Source: Escherichia phage P896. From it: a stretch of DNA of 64,000 bases. Numbering within the stretch: the stretch's first letter is position 1; each line of letters opens with the position of its first letter. The DNA is taken from the sequence record OL451225.1. One strand, written 5' to 3'. The position numbers and the translations under genes were made by a program. Below, in pieces: positions 37,516 to 46,032 of the stretch. Below the pieces are notes generated by a model that saw only the letters and a program-made list of their open reading frames with translations, was not told the origin of the DNA and ran no database searches.

Positions 37516-38201
37516 TACCAGCCCTCCATAGGAAATTCCAGATATACTTGAGCATTAACGCGGATTTCATTGGTGATTTTATTAACGCGGTCAGTTTTAC
37601 GAGATACGCGACCAAACCAGCGCCAACCATTACCAACCGTTTTTGTTCCAGTATGCCAGGTCTGCCAGTTGAATTCACACAACGTGCGGTCAGGAGCTTC
37701 TTGAACTAAAAGTTCACCCGCCTTGATTTTTTCCAGAACTTCCTGATGCCACTGGCGATAGATAAGTTCGCCATCAGGAATCTGACTGAATTCTGAAGTT
37801 CCCAGAGCAAAATGAGTAGGGCAAACAGAAGCGTTAACCAGACCCAGGATGTGTTCAGAATGGTAACGAGGGTTATCATAATCAGGTTGTCCTGCTGTAA
37901 TAAAATGTTGTCCTGCTGGAATATCTGGACGTGGTACATCATCATGGTGATACCCAGGGATAGCAGGATACCAACCAGGCATCAACATATGGACGCGAGA
38001 GTCAAATACAACCTGGTCAGTGTTCCAATCATCCGGCAGGTTCATGATGAAGCTGCGAGTAATAGGACCGCCATTATCAAAAGCGAAGGCTAACGAGCTG
38101 TTGAAGAACATAGTTTCGTTTTTGATTTTATCGTTAGAAATTTTACCAGCAAATTGACCAACTTCACGCATTTGACTATTAAAAGTTTTTGAGCTATTCA
38201 T
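37515..38201 (-). CDS. hypothetical protein, 228 aa
   Basis: ORF 37515..38339 trimmed to ATG at 38201 (GAGGAAAAT RBS); His/Asp-rich segment HHDDVPRPD. Confidence 0.55.
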   Translation of the reverse strand: MNSSKTFNSQMREVGQFAGKISNDKIKNETMFFNSSLAFAFDNGGPITRSFIMNLPDDWNTDQVVFDSRVHMLMPGWYPAIPGYHHDDVPRPDIPAGQHFITAGQPDYDNPRYHSEHILGLVNASVCPTHFALGTSEFSQIPDGELIYRQWHQEVLEKIKAGELLVQEAPDRTLCEFNWQTWHTGTKTVGNGWRWFGRVSRKTDRVNKITNEIRVNAQVYLEFPMEGW

Positions 38202-38211
38202 GATATTTTCC

Positions 38212-38448
38212 TCAGTATTCTTCATCATATTCAAAGTCTTCATCAAACTCGGGTTCCAGAGAAATTTCTTCTTCCGGGTGGAATTCACAAGGGAAGTATT
38301 CCACTTCACCACAATCGGCGTCATAGGACTGGAAATCAATTTGGATTACGGTTTCGGATACAACAATAACTTCAGCAACCAAGTCACCTGCAATTTCCAT
38401 TCCAACTTTAACATCTTTAGCTTTGATAGTATTCATTTTATTCTCCAA
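38212..38448 (-). CDS. hypothetical strongly acidic protein, 78 aa
   Basis: ORF track; C-terminal EEEISLEPEFDEDFEYDEEY. Confidence 0.5.
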   Translation of the reverse strand: MENKMNTIKAKDVKVGMEIAGDLVAEVIVVSETVIQIDFQSYDADCGEVEYFPCEFHPEEEISLEPEFDEDFEYDEEY

Positions 38449-38449
38449 T

Positions 38450-38502
38450 TTGGTAACTCAGTATGGAATCATTATGCACTGACTCCATACTGATGTACAC
38501 AC
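38450..38502 (-). promoter_or_regulatory. early promoter cassette (-35 GTGTACA, 17-bp spacer, -10 CATAAT, inverted repeat CAGTATGGA/TCCATACTG bracketing the -10)
   Basis: Read on the minus strand; clearest copy of the CAGTATGG class. Confidence 0.6.
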
Positions 38503-39462
38503 TTATTTTGTGAAAGGACGAATTAAATGTTGGTTAGCCTTAAAGCGTTTAACATAGTCTTCGCGACCCAGGGTGTTGTACATATTAACCACTTCCTGGT
38601 AATGTTCCCAGGCATACTCGCGGAACCATCCAGAAGTAATGGAGGTACAGACTTTTTCCAGCGCAATATGGAAGCTCACAGATGGAGAGATATTGAACTC
38701 ATTAGGAACCTGCGAACGCTCCAGAGCGAGCACACATGCTTCTTCATAAACCCCTGCCAGTTTAATAATCTCAGGGAGTGCTTCAAATTTTTCACGCGAG
38801 GTCATGACTTCTGAATCATCCTTCATATAAAACTTATATGCAGGCTTATCAGCAAGCGCCACAGCCTCGTGGATGGAGTCATGGTCAAGGGTGTAGATTG
38901 TATCATTAAAGAAAGTTTTCTTGCCCACGTCTAGTTTAGGGTGACTGTATGACAGTGTTTCTGCCTGACGCTGCAGCATGATTTTCTGCAGTTCATCATT
39001 AAGAACAATACCCTTATTGCGAAGGTAATTAATATGACTCATGGTCTTCAGGAAGAATGGATTGTTCTTCAGGTAACGATGAGACAATTTAATCGCCAGA
39101 CAAATATCAGGCGTCGCCCAATAGAAACCTGTAAGACGGTCTTTCTTAATATGATTTTCAGCGTATTTCAAGAGACGATAACTTGAGGTGAAATCTTCGT
39201 CTTGAAGCTCACCAGTAATTTCTCGTACGTTGGTCAGGGCACGGACAATATAAGCTTCAAAATAGGTTTCTTTGCCATTGTACATACATTTAAAAGCTTG
39301 GACATCAGGGTTATCCACAGGAACATGAGCACCGAACATACGTGCTTTAAAGTGGTTCCAAGAACCCTGGTCAGCGATAAAGTCCCAATCAGAGTTTTCA
39401 ATTTTCTGACTTTCAATCAGACCAGCGTTATGTAATGCACGAGAACCAATAACTAACATCAT
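38503..39462 (-). CDS. hypothetical protein, 319 aa
   Basis: ORF track; ATG with GAGGAAAAT RBS; no firm motif. Confidence 0.6.
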   Translation of the reverse strand: MMLVIGSRALHNAGLIESQKIENSDWDFIADQGSWNHFKARMFGAHVPVDNPDVQAFKCMYNGKETYFEAYIVRALTNVREITGELQDEDFTSSYRLLKYAENHIKKDRLTGFYWATPDICLAIKLSHRYLKNNPFFLKTMSHINYLRNKGIVLNDELQKIMLQRQAETLSYSHPKLDVGKKTFFNDTIYTLDHDSIHEAVALADKPAYKFYMKDDSEVMTSREKFEALPEIIKLAGVYEEACVLALERSQVPNEFNISPSVSFHIALEKVCTSITSGWFREYAWEHYQEVVNMYNTLGREDYVKRFKANQHLIRPFTK

Positions 39463-39475
39463 AATATTTTCCTCA

Positions 39476-39643
39476 TTAGTAAAGACGAGTTACTTCATAT
39501 TTTCCAAGTGCCGATTTTTTCGCTTCAATTCGTGAGGCAGCAAGATTGGCGGCCTCTAGTGAAGAAAATTGAACCACTTGAGAAGTATTCTGTCTTACTC
39601 CACCTTGCGGGTGAGTGACAAAAACAATAAGAACATTATACAT
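39476..39643 (-). CDS. possible small protein, 55 aa
   Basis: Below ORF-track cutoff; ATG with GAGGAAAAT RBS filling the gap between two genes. Confidence 0.35.
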   Translation of the reverse strand: MYNVLIVFVTHPQGGVRQNTSQVVQFSSLEAANLAASRIEAKKSALGKYEVTRLY

Positions 39644-39653
39644 AATATTTTCC

Positions 39654-39854
39654 TCAAATAATACCGTATGCGTAAATATCTCTTTTAATGCAGGAAACTA
39701 CTTCTTCCAGAGAATCACAAACACGTTCTGTGACGCCTGCGTAATCACCACTGATGGTTACTTTAATGCCATCAGAAACTTCCTGGAGATTAACCTCCAG
39801 TTGGTTGACTTTGGCTTCGTTCAGAACTTTGATTAATTCGTTTGCGATAGACAT
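39654..39854 (-). CDS. hypothetical protein, 66 aa
   Basis: ORF track. Confidence 0.45.
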   Translation of the reverse strand: MSIANELIKVLNEAKVNQLEVNLQEVSDGIKVTISGDYAGVTERVCDSLEEVVSCIKRDIYAYGII

Positions 39855-39918
39855 TTTTATTCTCCTGTTCTGATAACGTGATTGTCATCAGTTGATAGGA
39901 GTATAGTAACACAGTTTT

Positions 39919-40263
39919 TTAGACTTGTATACTGCTTCTACAATATTCTAAAAATAATTTATCGTTGTCTACCGTATCCCAACGACGCCAAGATGGATTC
40001 CAGACCAGAGCGTTGTCACCGCAATCATTGAGCTTAAAATGGTCGTAGTACATAGCTATATGTCTGGTTTCGTCACCAGAGAACCCCAGTATAGGCTCAC
40101 CGTGAGTATGATACATATGATGATGCATTGAGAGGTCGCATTTGTAAAACATCTCACGTTTACCACGAACGAACAAGAAGGCTTGCCCATTCATATAGAA
40201 TTCTTTATCTGTTTTCAAAAGATATTTGAATACCGAATCTTTATGCATAATTCCTCCTACCAC
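39919..40263 (-). CDS. hypothetical His-rich protein, 114 aa
   Basis: ORF track; MHHHMYHTHGE segment. Confidence 0.5.
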   Translation of the reverse strand: MVGGIMHKDSVFKYLLKTDKEFYMNGQAFLFVRGKREMFYKCDLSMHHHMYHTHGEPILGFSGDETRHIAMYYDHFKLNDCGDNALVWNPSWRRWDTVDNDKLFLEYCRSSIQV

Positions 40264-40278
40264 ATCCTTGTGATTAAA

Positions 40279-40506
40279 TTATTTTCCTAACGAAATGCGA
40301 GTAGGTTTTTTACCGAAATATTCTTCATAGGAACCATCTAAACGACCCGCTTTAGACCGACAATACGAATCATACTTTTTGTAATAAGCCAACTCGGTAT
40401 TGTAACGTGGATGTCTATCAGCCATAATAATACTTAACGGCCAACCTTTGGCGTAATCACGAAGACCATTTATTTTACGAATATATCTTTTCTTTAATTT
40501 TAACAT
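40279..40506 (-). CDS. hypothetical basic protein, 75 aa
   Basis: ORF track. Confidence 0.45.
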   Translation of the reverse strand: MLKLKKRYIRKINGLRDYAKGWPLSIIMADRHPRYNTELAYYKKYDSYCRSKAGRLDGSYEEYFGKKPTRISLGK

Positions 40507-40733
40507 GAACTTGGGTACCAGATTTTACCATCGGCACTAGCAACGAAGGTGCGACCAGCTTCTTCCCCATAACAAGAGCTGTTCAACCAGTCTTCAAGAC
40601 GGACTTCGCCGTCATAATCATCAAGCTCAACACCAAAATCTTGAGCAGAAGCCATATCTTTTACTTTCTTATACAGTGCAGCCAGTTCAAGGGCGGCTTT
40701 TTCTAATTCAGCACGTTCAACAGCAGTAGTCAT
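40500..40733 (-). CDS. small acidic protein, member 1 of a W-x-SS-x-x-C C-terminal paralog array (ends KIWYPSSC)
   Basis: ORF track; N-terminal helix and C-terminal Cys as last residue. Confidence 0.5.
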   Translation of the reverse strand: MTTAVERAELEKAALELAALYKKVKDMASAQDFGVELDDYDGEVRLEDWLNSSCYGEEAGRTFVASADGKIWYPSSC

Positions 40734-40742
40734 TTTATCACC

Positions 40743-40970
40743 TTAGCAAGACATAGAGGAGTTAAACCAGAAACCTTTACCATCTGGGATACCGTAATCA
40801 CCACGAATCCAGTCATACTCTTCGTATTCTGGACAACCCGCAGGAATATATCGTTGAAGACTGTCAGCATACACATGAAAGTATTCACCAGTTTTATCGG
40901 CCAGTTGTTCACCTTCACAGATTAGTGCACGGATTTGGTCTTCAATTTCTTTAACAGTTTTAGCAGTCAT
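40743..40970 (-). CDS. small acidic protein, member 2 of the paralog array (ends GFWFNSSMSC)
   Basis: ORF track. Confidence 0.5.
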   Translation of the reverse strand: MTAKTVKEIEDQIRALICEGEQLADKTGEYFHVYADSLQRYIPAGCPEYEEYDWIRGDYGIPDGKGFWFNSSMSC

Positions 40971-40979
40971 TTTATTTCC

Positions 40980-41177
40980 TTAGCATTCATAAGAGGAGGA
41001 CACCCAGGAGCCACCCGTAATTGTAATACAGCCATTGTAAATCGTGATATGACGGTCCAGATGGTTTTCACCTTCGATATAGATATCAGCTTCTTCACGC
41101 TCTTCTTTACAAATCTGGATAACGTTTTCAATAGCTGCCGCGGCAGTACGGATTGCACAATCTAGTTCACGAGACAT
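40980..41177 (-). CDS. small acidic protein, member 3 of the paralog array (ends GGSWVSSSYEC)
   Basis: ORF track. Confidence 0.5.
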   Translation of the reverse strand: MSRELDCAIRTAAAAIENVIQICKEEREEADIYIEGENHLDRHITIYNGCITITGGSWVSSSYEC

Positions 41178-41186
41178 AATAATTCC

Positions 41187-41468
41187 TTAACATTCAGCAG
41201 AAGAGGACACCCAACCACCATTTTCCAGGTCAGTTGTATAGTCATGAGTATTAACAATAGCCCATTCAGGATGACCATGTTCTTCCCAATGAGCAAGGTC
41301 AGCTTTCAGGGCACCAGGAGAATAATAGTCACCGCCCATACCGCGAGCAGGGTATATATTAAAATGAGTCTCATATTTGTCTGCAATTTCCTCGGCACGA
41401 CGAATAGCTTTATGGATGTCATTTACTGCGTTAGCCAGTTCTTTATTTTTACGGTAATCATTCATCAT
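41187..41468 (-). CDS. small acidic protein, member 4 of the paralog array (ends GGWVSSSAEC)
   Basis: ORF track. Confidence 0.5.
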   Translation of the reverse strand: MMNDYRKNKELANAVNDIHKAIRRAEEIADKYETHFNIYPARGMGGDYYSPGALKADLAHWEEHGHPEWAIVNTHDYTTDLENGGWVSSSAEC

Positions 41469-41477
41469 AACGTTTCC

Positions 41478-41768
41478 TTAGCACATTGCCGAAGAGGAGA
41501 CCCAAGCACCAACTGTAACGACACCGTTTTCAACTTCACCGCCGTTGTTTTCAATTTCATTTTTAAACCACTGGGAGCATTCATAACCGACAGGATAATA
41601 TGTACGGCCCGAACCATAATCACCGGTACCAAATTGGATACCATATTCATCTGCGATTTCTTCACAGTGTTTTTCAATTTCAGAGGTCTTATTTAGAAGA
41701 GAATAGATAGCTTTTTCTGCAGATTTCTCATCATAATACTTGGGGATAGCAATTTCAATTTTATTCAT
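41478..41768 (-). CDS. small acidic protein, member 5 of the paralog array (ends GAWVSSSAMC)
   Basis: ORF track. Confidence 0.5.
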   Translation of the reverse strand: MNKIEIAIPKYYDEKSAEKAIYSLLNKTSEIEKHCEEIADEYGIQFGTGDYGSGRTYYPVGYECSQWFKNEIENNGGEVENGVVTVGAWVSSSAMC

Positions 41769-42118
41769 GATTTACATTCCTTAATAAAGGTTTCAAGTTC
41801 ATTGCGTTTTGTTTTGTCTAGGAACTTATTATACTCAGCCATTGCTGAAGCATATCTCTTCCGACTAGGAGCATTCACGGCATTTGTGTGACAGATATCA
41901 TACACAACAGGGATAAAATAAGACACAACAGCCGGAGCGATTATCATAAAGAAGCCCATCTCAATAGGCATCACTCCCTCGATTGCAGCCATAACCGTGG
42001 TCATTACCAGGCCAACCAGGCCGCCAAGCATGGCGGTGACAATCCCTAATAATAAATTGGCACCAATATCATATTCAGCCAATTGATAAACATGTGATGC
42101 AAGACTAGGCCGTTCCAT
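41765..42118 (-). CDS. membrane protein, 117 aa, C-terminal FIKECKS tail
   Basis: ORF 41765..42211 trimmed to ATG at 42118 (AAGGAGG RBS); three hydrophobic helices. Confidence 0.5.
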   Translation of the reverse strand: MERPSLASHVYQLAEYDIGANLLLGIVTAMLGGLVGLVMTTVMAAIEGVMPIEMGFFMIIAPAVVSYFIPVVYDICHTNAVNAPSRKRYASAMAEYNKFLDKTKRNELETFIKECKS

Positions 42119-42464
42119 TACGAACCTCCTTAATAAATTCTTCGGCGCATTTAATTTTGTGCTCTTCTTGTAGGGAAACACATTTTTGTTCCCACTCTTT
42201 AACTCGTCCACGATATCCTTTATTCATATGATTTTGATGCCACACATTTATCAATACCATACACAGGACTGTAATAAAAGGAGCTGCAATTACTAGCGTC
42301 CAGGCGACTCCAACACTAATGATATTCATATCCCCACAAAGCACCATCATTATAACCCCAACGATGCACATGGACAAAGCTCCAAATGGAGGCATAAGGT
42401 CTTTATCAATCTTGTCTGCGTATACAAATTTTTCTGGTTTACTTGGCAGATATAACGTTCGCAT
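42105..42464 (-). CDS. membrane protein, 119 aa, C-terminal FIKEVRN tail
   Basis: ORF 42105..42500 trimmed to ATG at 42464 (AAAGGGG RBS); two hydrophobic helices. Confidence 0.5.
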   Translation of the reverse strand: MRTLYLPSKPEKFVYADKIDKDLMPPFGALSMCIVGVIMMVLCGDMNIISVGVAWTLVIAAPFITVLCMVLINVWHQNHMNKGYRGRVKEWEQKCVSLQEEHKIKCAEEFIKEVRNGTA

Positions 42465-43011
42465 TTTTAACCCCTTTAGCATATTCACGACATTCAGCAA
42501 TAAAACGATTAAGCTTACGTTTCCGTTTACGACTCTCTAATGTGTACTCAGCCGCCAAATCAAGAAGCTCATCTTTATCATAATTTTTAATATCAGTATA
42601 AGTTGGGCGGCGGTCAACCATTCCAAAGTGGTCACCATTTTCCAACATCAAATAACACACCAAATGGTCATCATCGTTCGCATTAATAAGTTGCCTATAA
42701 TCATCTGGGTCATTTAACGCATACACGGAATAACTCAGCCCACCGAATTCCACTCGTTGAATACCTAGATTTACATCAATAATTTCCAAGGCATCTGCAA
42801 AAGAAAGGTCTTCAGCTAAAGCAAAAATAAAAGGCAATTTTGTAGTATCACCGCGGCTAGTTGTTCTTCTTAAGAAATCATTGGAATAACCCAAGTCACC
42901 GCGGATTCTATAAAGAACTGTGTTAGTTTCAGTGGCAAGACCACTACCGCCAAACCAGTCTACATTTGATAGAAGGTCAGTATATAAGCTCATAATTTTC
43001 TCCTCTCCCAA
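42439..43011 (-). CDS. hypothetical protein, 190 aa, C-terminal RFIAECRE motif
   Basis: ORF track; soluble; shares the tail motif with the adjacent membrane proteins. Confidence 0.55.
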   Translation of the reverse strand: MGEEKIMSLYTDLLSNVDWFGGSGLATETNTVLYRIRGDLGYSNDFLRRTTSRGDTTKLPFIFALAEDLSFADALEIIDVNLGIQRVEFGGLSYSVYALNDPDDYRQLINANDDDHLVCYLMLENGDHFGMVDRRPTYTDIKNYDKDELLDLAAEYTLESRKRKRKLNRFIAECREYAKGVKNANVISAK

Positions 43012-43036
43012 TTAGGGGGCAAAGCCCCCTTTTATC

Positions 43037-43630
43037 TTACTTAAGTGAATTGATGTATTCTTCAATGTCAGCGGACGTGGTATCCACACCAACCTGTGGA
43101 CCTTTGAAGGTTTCAACACGCATCAGAGTGTCTTCAATATCAATCTTGGTCAATGCAGCGATTTCAACAACATCATCTGCGGTTGCAATACCTAGGGCAG
43201 ACACCTTACGGGTTTCGCGGATGTATTCCAGTTTAACAGCTAGTTCCTGACGAGAGTCATCCAGCTCTTTAACTTTCAATTTAATTTCATTACGCATTTC
43301 AACATAATCATCTGCCTTCTTACGAAGTTGTTTAGCAGTGCGACGATACAGGAGACCCAGTTTAGCATGGACCTGGACATCAGCACCATCAGCAATCAGT
43401 TTTCGGATTTCACGCTCTTTTGAAGCGGCAAGCTGGTCTTTTTCATTCGCTAACTCGCGGATGCGTTTTTCTTCATTAACAGACTTAACATGGGCAGTCT
43501 GGAGCTCAGTAATCTTATCAATCAGGGTAGAAGCTGCTTTAGTATACTGGTCTTCAATAGACAGGTTTTGCGCCATTGCAGTACCCAGTTTGGAGCGGAT
43601 GAATTCAACAATTTTCTTTAAAGTATTCAT
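43037..43630 (-). CDS. coiled-coil protein, 197 aa (PspA-like architecture, low confidence)
   Basis: ORF track; long heptad-rich helices; similarity to PspA is architectural only. Confidence 0.5.
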   Translation of the reverse strand: MNTLKKIVEFIRSKLGTAMAQNLSIEDQYTKAASTLIDKITELQTAHVKSVNEEKRIRELANEKDQLAASKEREIRKLIADGADVQVHAKLGLLYRRTAKQLRKKADDYVEMRNEIKLKVKELDDSRQELAVKLEYIRETRKVSALGIATADDVVEIAALTKIDIEDTLMRVETFKGPQVGVDTTSADIEEYINSLK

Positions 43631-43660
43631 GGTATTTCCTTCAGATGGTTAAAGTTTTAT

Positions 43661-43705
43661 TATCCAGGGAACATACTATCATGTTCCCAGAGGTATGTAA
43701 ACATT
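43661..43705 (-). promoter_or_regulatory. early promoter (-35 GTTTACA) with GGGAACAT/ATGTTCCC inverted repeat around a TAGTAT -10
   Basis: Read on the minus strand upstream of the coiled-coil gene. Confidence 0.45.
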
Positions 43706-44104
43706 TTATTTCATTTTTGCGAGGCAGATTTCATTGGCTTCCCATTGAGCTTGCTTAATAATAGCTTTGGATACAGGAACCTTTTGACCATAAGTTTTTG
43801 ACGTTGAGAGAACAATATATTTGTTTGCCTCATTATGCCAACCCCATGATTTTTCACCATGAGTACCTTTAACTACAGCTGACACCTCAACAGAACAACC
43901 ATCAGCGCCAATCTTGGTATCAACAATCCATTCATTTCGCTTAATTGCTTCTTCCAATGCTGCCGCTTCCGCCATCCAGTGCGTTTCAGGGTCTATTTGT
44001 TCAATCTCACGAGTTAACGCAGCTCCCAGGTCTTTTGCATATTTTTGTTGCTCTGGGGTTAATGAGTCATATAACTTTTTCATTTCTTTATCTTCAATAT
44101 TCAT
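43706..44104 (-). CDS. hypothetical protein, 132 aa
   Basis: ORF 43706..44134 trimmed to ATG at 44104 (GAGGAAAAT RBS); a GGGGC-GAAA-GCCCC hairpin lies just upstream of the RBS. Confidence 0.5.
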   Translation of the reverse strand: MNIEDKEMKKLYDSLTPEQQKYAKDLGAALTREIEQIDPETHWMAEAAALEEAIKRNEWIVDTKIGADGCSVEVSAVVKGTHGEKSWGWHNEANKYIVLSTSKTYGQKVPVSKAIIKQAQWEANEICLAKMK

Positions 44105-44138
44105 AATATTTTCCTCAGGGGGCTTTCGCCCCAATCAT

Positions 44139-44444
44139 TTAGATTTTGTTTTCCTGCACACCATAATAAAGTTCATCAGACACAATATCCAGGATGCGGC
44201 GAACATATTCATCATGGTATTGGCAGTCAAAATCAAATGCAACAGTAGTTTCCGCTTCACGAGTGAATTTAACTTGCACATTCAGGTGATTAACAACGTT
44301 AGTTAATTTATCAGTAAAGAACTCTTTTGCTACCGCCTGTTGGACTTGCACTTTGAACTTGGTGTTACGAATCATATTTTCAGCAGATGCGAAATTACCA
44401 GTTTTATCAAAGTCAACAAGCGCCAGGTTGATGATGAATTTCAT
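44139..44444 (-). CDS. hypothetical protein, 101 aa
   Basis: ORF track; ATG with GGAGAATAAA RBS. Confidence 0.5.
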   Translation of the reverse strand: MKFIINLALVDFDKTGNFASAENMIRNTKFKVQVQQAVAKEFFTDKLTNVVNHLNVQVKFTREAETTVAFDFDCQYHDEYVRRILDIVSDELYYGVQENKI

Positions 44445-44525
44445 TTTATTCTCCAGTGTTTTATTTGGTAACTCAGTATGGAATCATTATGCCTTAAAGC
44501 AGGGGGCTTGTATACCCCTTTTTAA
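44445..44525 (-). promoter_or_regulatory. early promoter cassette, CAGTATGG class, with GGGG/CCCC hairpin over the -35
   Basis: Conserved TTATTTGGTAACTCAGTATGGAATCATTATGC block. Confidence 0.5.
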
Positions 44526-44969
44526 TTAAATTTCAAATTCTTTGCGGAAGTTGGAAGCATAAGACTGAACTGATGCTTTGTTGAATCCAAACTCACGCAC
44601 AATCATATCAATAACAGCTCTGCGAGCAGCACCATTAGACATATTAACAGTTTTGAACATATCATAGCATAAATCTTTGTTGCTCATACCGGAGCGTTTA
44701 GGTGCCTTACGTTCAGCTTTTGGTTCAGCTTTAGGAGTAGGTTTAACTTCTGGTTTAACCTGTCCATCATTCAGACCTTTAAAAATTTTACCTGCCAGAG
44801 TTGCCAGTTTAGCAGCTTCGCCACGAGTGATACCAAATACTGCCGGGTTAAATGAAATACCTTCAGCTGTCAGACGTTTGAAGAACATACGTGCTGCGGA
44901 TTGTGCTTCAGCTTCAGAAGAGTTGTTTAATGCCAGTTTAACATACTTAACCAGTTTTGAAGTTTTCAT
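44526..44969 (-). CDS. hypothetical two-domain protein, 147 aa (Pro/Lys-rich linker)
   Basis: ORF track; C-terminal 35 aa (NGAARRAVIDMIVREFGFNKASVQSYASNFRKEF) shared with gene 45422..45847. Confidence 0.5.
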   Translation of the reverse strand: MKTSKLVKYVKLALNNSSEAEAQSAARMFFKRLTAEGISFNPAVFGITRGEAAKLATLAGKIFKGLNDGQVKPEVKPTPKAEPKAERKAPKRSGMSNKDLCYDMFKTVNMSNGAARRAVIDMIVREFGFNKASVQSYASNFRKEFEI

Positions 44970-45042
44970 TTTATTATCCCGTTTGTTTATTTGTTAACTC
45001 AGTATGGAATCATTATGCCTTAGTTAAATTCCAAAGTACATA
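44970..45042 (-). promoter_or_regulatory. early promoter cassette, CAGTATGG class
   Basis: Conserved GTTAACTCAGTATGGAATCATTATGC block upstream of gene 44526..44969. Confidence 0.45.
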
Positions 45043-45339
45043 TTAATTTTCAGAAGTTGGGAAATAAACTTCAAAGTCATACATGTTTACTACTGCAGAC
45101 GCGATTGCTTGGTACTGCATACCCAAGAAAGTTTTCTTGTTCTTACGCCACAAGTTAACCATTTCTGTTTTGATGCATGCCAGGGAGTAGTTGGATGCAG
45201 GATACTGTTTGATGATTGCAACAACTTCTTCAGAAGCAGTTTCGCACAATTCATTCAGTTGAGCTTCAATTTTAGCAGAAATGATTGCTTTGTTTTCTTC
45301 TTGAGCTTGGGTAGCGTGCCATGCAGGTGCGTTGAACAT
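45043..45339 (-). CDS. hypothetical protein, 98 aa
   Basis: ORF track; ATG with GGAGAATAAA RBS. Confidence 0.5.
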   Translation of the reverse strand: MFNAPAWHATQAQEENKAIISAKIEAQLNELCETASEEVVAIIKQYPASNYSLACIKTEMVNLWRKNKKTFLGMQYQAIASAVVNMYDFEVYFPTSEN

Positions 45340-45421
45340 TTTATTCTCCAGTGTTTTATTTGTTAACTCAGTATGGGATAATTATACACTATCCCACCTG
45401 GAAGTAAAACACTTTTCTCAA
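45340..45421 (-). promoter_or_regulatory. early promoter cassette (-10 TATAAT bracketed by ATGGGATA/TATCCCAC)
   Basis: Read on the minus strand. Confidence 0.5.
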
Positions 45422-45847
45422 TTATTTTTGAGCTTTGCGGAAGTTGGATGCATATGACTGAACAACAGTCTTTTTGATATCATGGGTGGTAACCAGAACA
45501 TCAATCAGAGCGCGACGAGCTGCATTATCATTCATATCAATTTCTGCAAATGCCTGGAAGCAAATGTCACGAGCGTTACCAGATTTGGACTGGATTTTTT
45601 CTTCTTTAACTTCTTCAATTGGGAATTCAATCATTTCAGCTTGGATTAATTCAATGATAGATTCTTTTGACTGTTTGGTGTTTACCTTCAGTTCAGAATT
45701 AAGGGACTTGGCGATGGCAACAATCTGGGTTGAAGTCAGATGAATAAGTGCATCTTCACGAATGCAGATTTCACATACTTCGTCAGCAACCATTTTGTTA
45801 GTGATGCGGGTAACAGAGAATGCAGAGGTCAGGGTCAGGAAGTTCAT
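45422..45847 (-). CDS. hypothetical protein, 141 aa, paralogous C-terminal domain
   Basis: ORF track; C-terminal NDNAARRALIDVLV...VVQSYASNFRK shared with gene 44526..44969. Confidence 0.5.
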   Translation of the reverse strand: MNFLTLTSAFSVTRITNKMVADEVCEICIREDALIHLTSTQIVAIAKSLNSELKVNTKQSKESIIELIQAEMIEFPIEEVKEEKIQSKSGNARDICFQAFAEIDMNDNAARRALIDVLVTTHDIKKTVVQSYASNFRKAQK

Positions 45848-45945
45848 TTTATTTCTCCAAAGTTTTGTTTTGATTCAGTGTGTAACTCAGTATGGAATCA
45901 TTATGCACCCGGTCAATCCGGATGTACACTACTTTTTGAAGAAAA
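45848..45945 (-). promoter_or_regulatory. early promoter cassette (-35 GTGTACA, 17-bp spacer with CCGG inverted repeat, -10 CATAAT, CAGTATGG leader)
   Basis: Read on the minus strand. Confidence 0.5.
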
Positions 45946-45970
45946 TTTCAAATTTATTCGGGGTATAAAA

Positions 45971-45994
45971 AAACCCCAACCTTTCGGAAGGGGC
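45971..45994 (-). terminator. hairpin CCCCUUCC-GAAA-GGUUGGGG (GNRA loop, two U-U mismatches) followed by UUUUUUUAUA
   Basis: Read on the minus strand after the stop of gene 46033..46416. Confidence 0.45.
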
Positions 45995-46032
45995 CATACC
46001 TTGTCGGGGTTCCACCTGCAAGGCAAGTGTTC

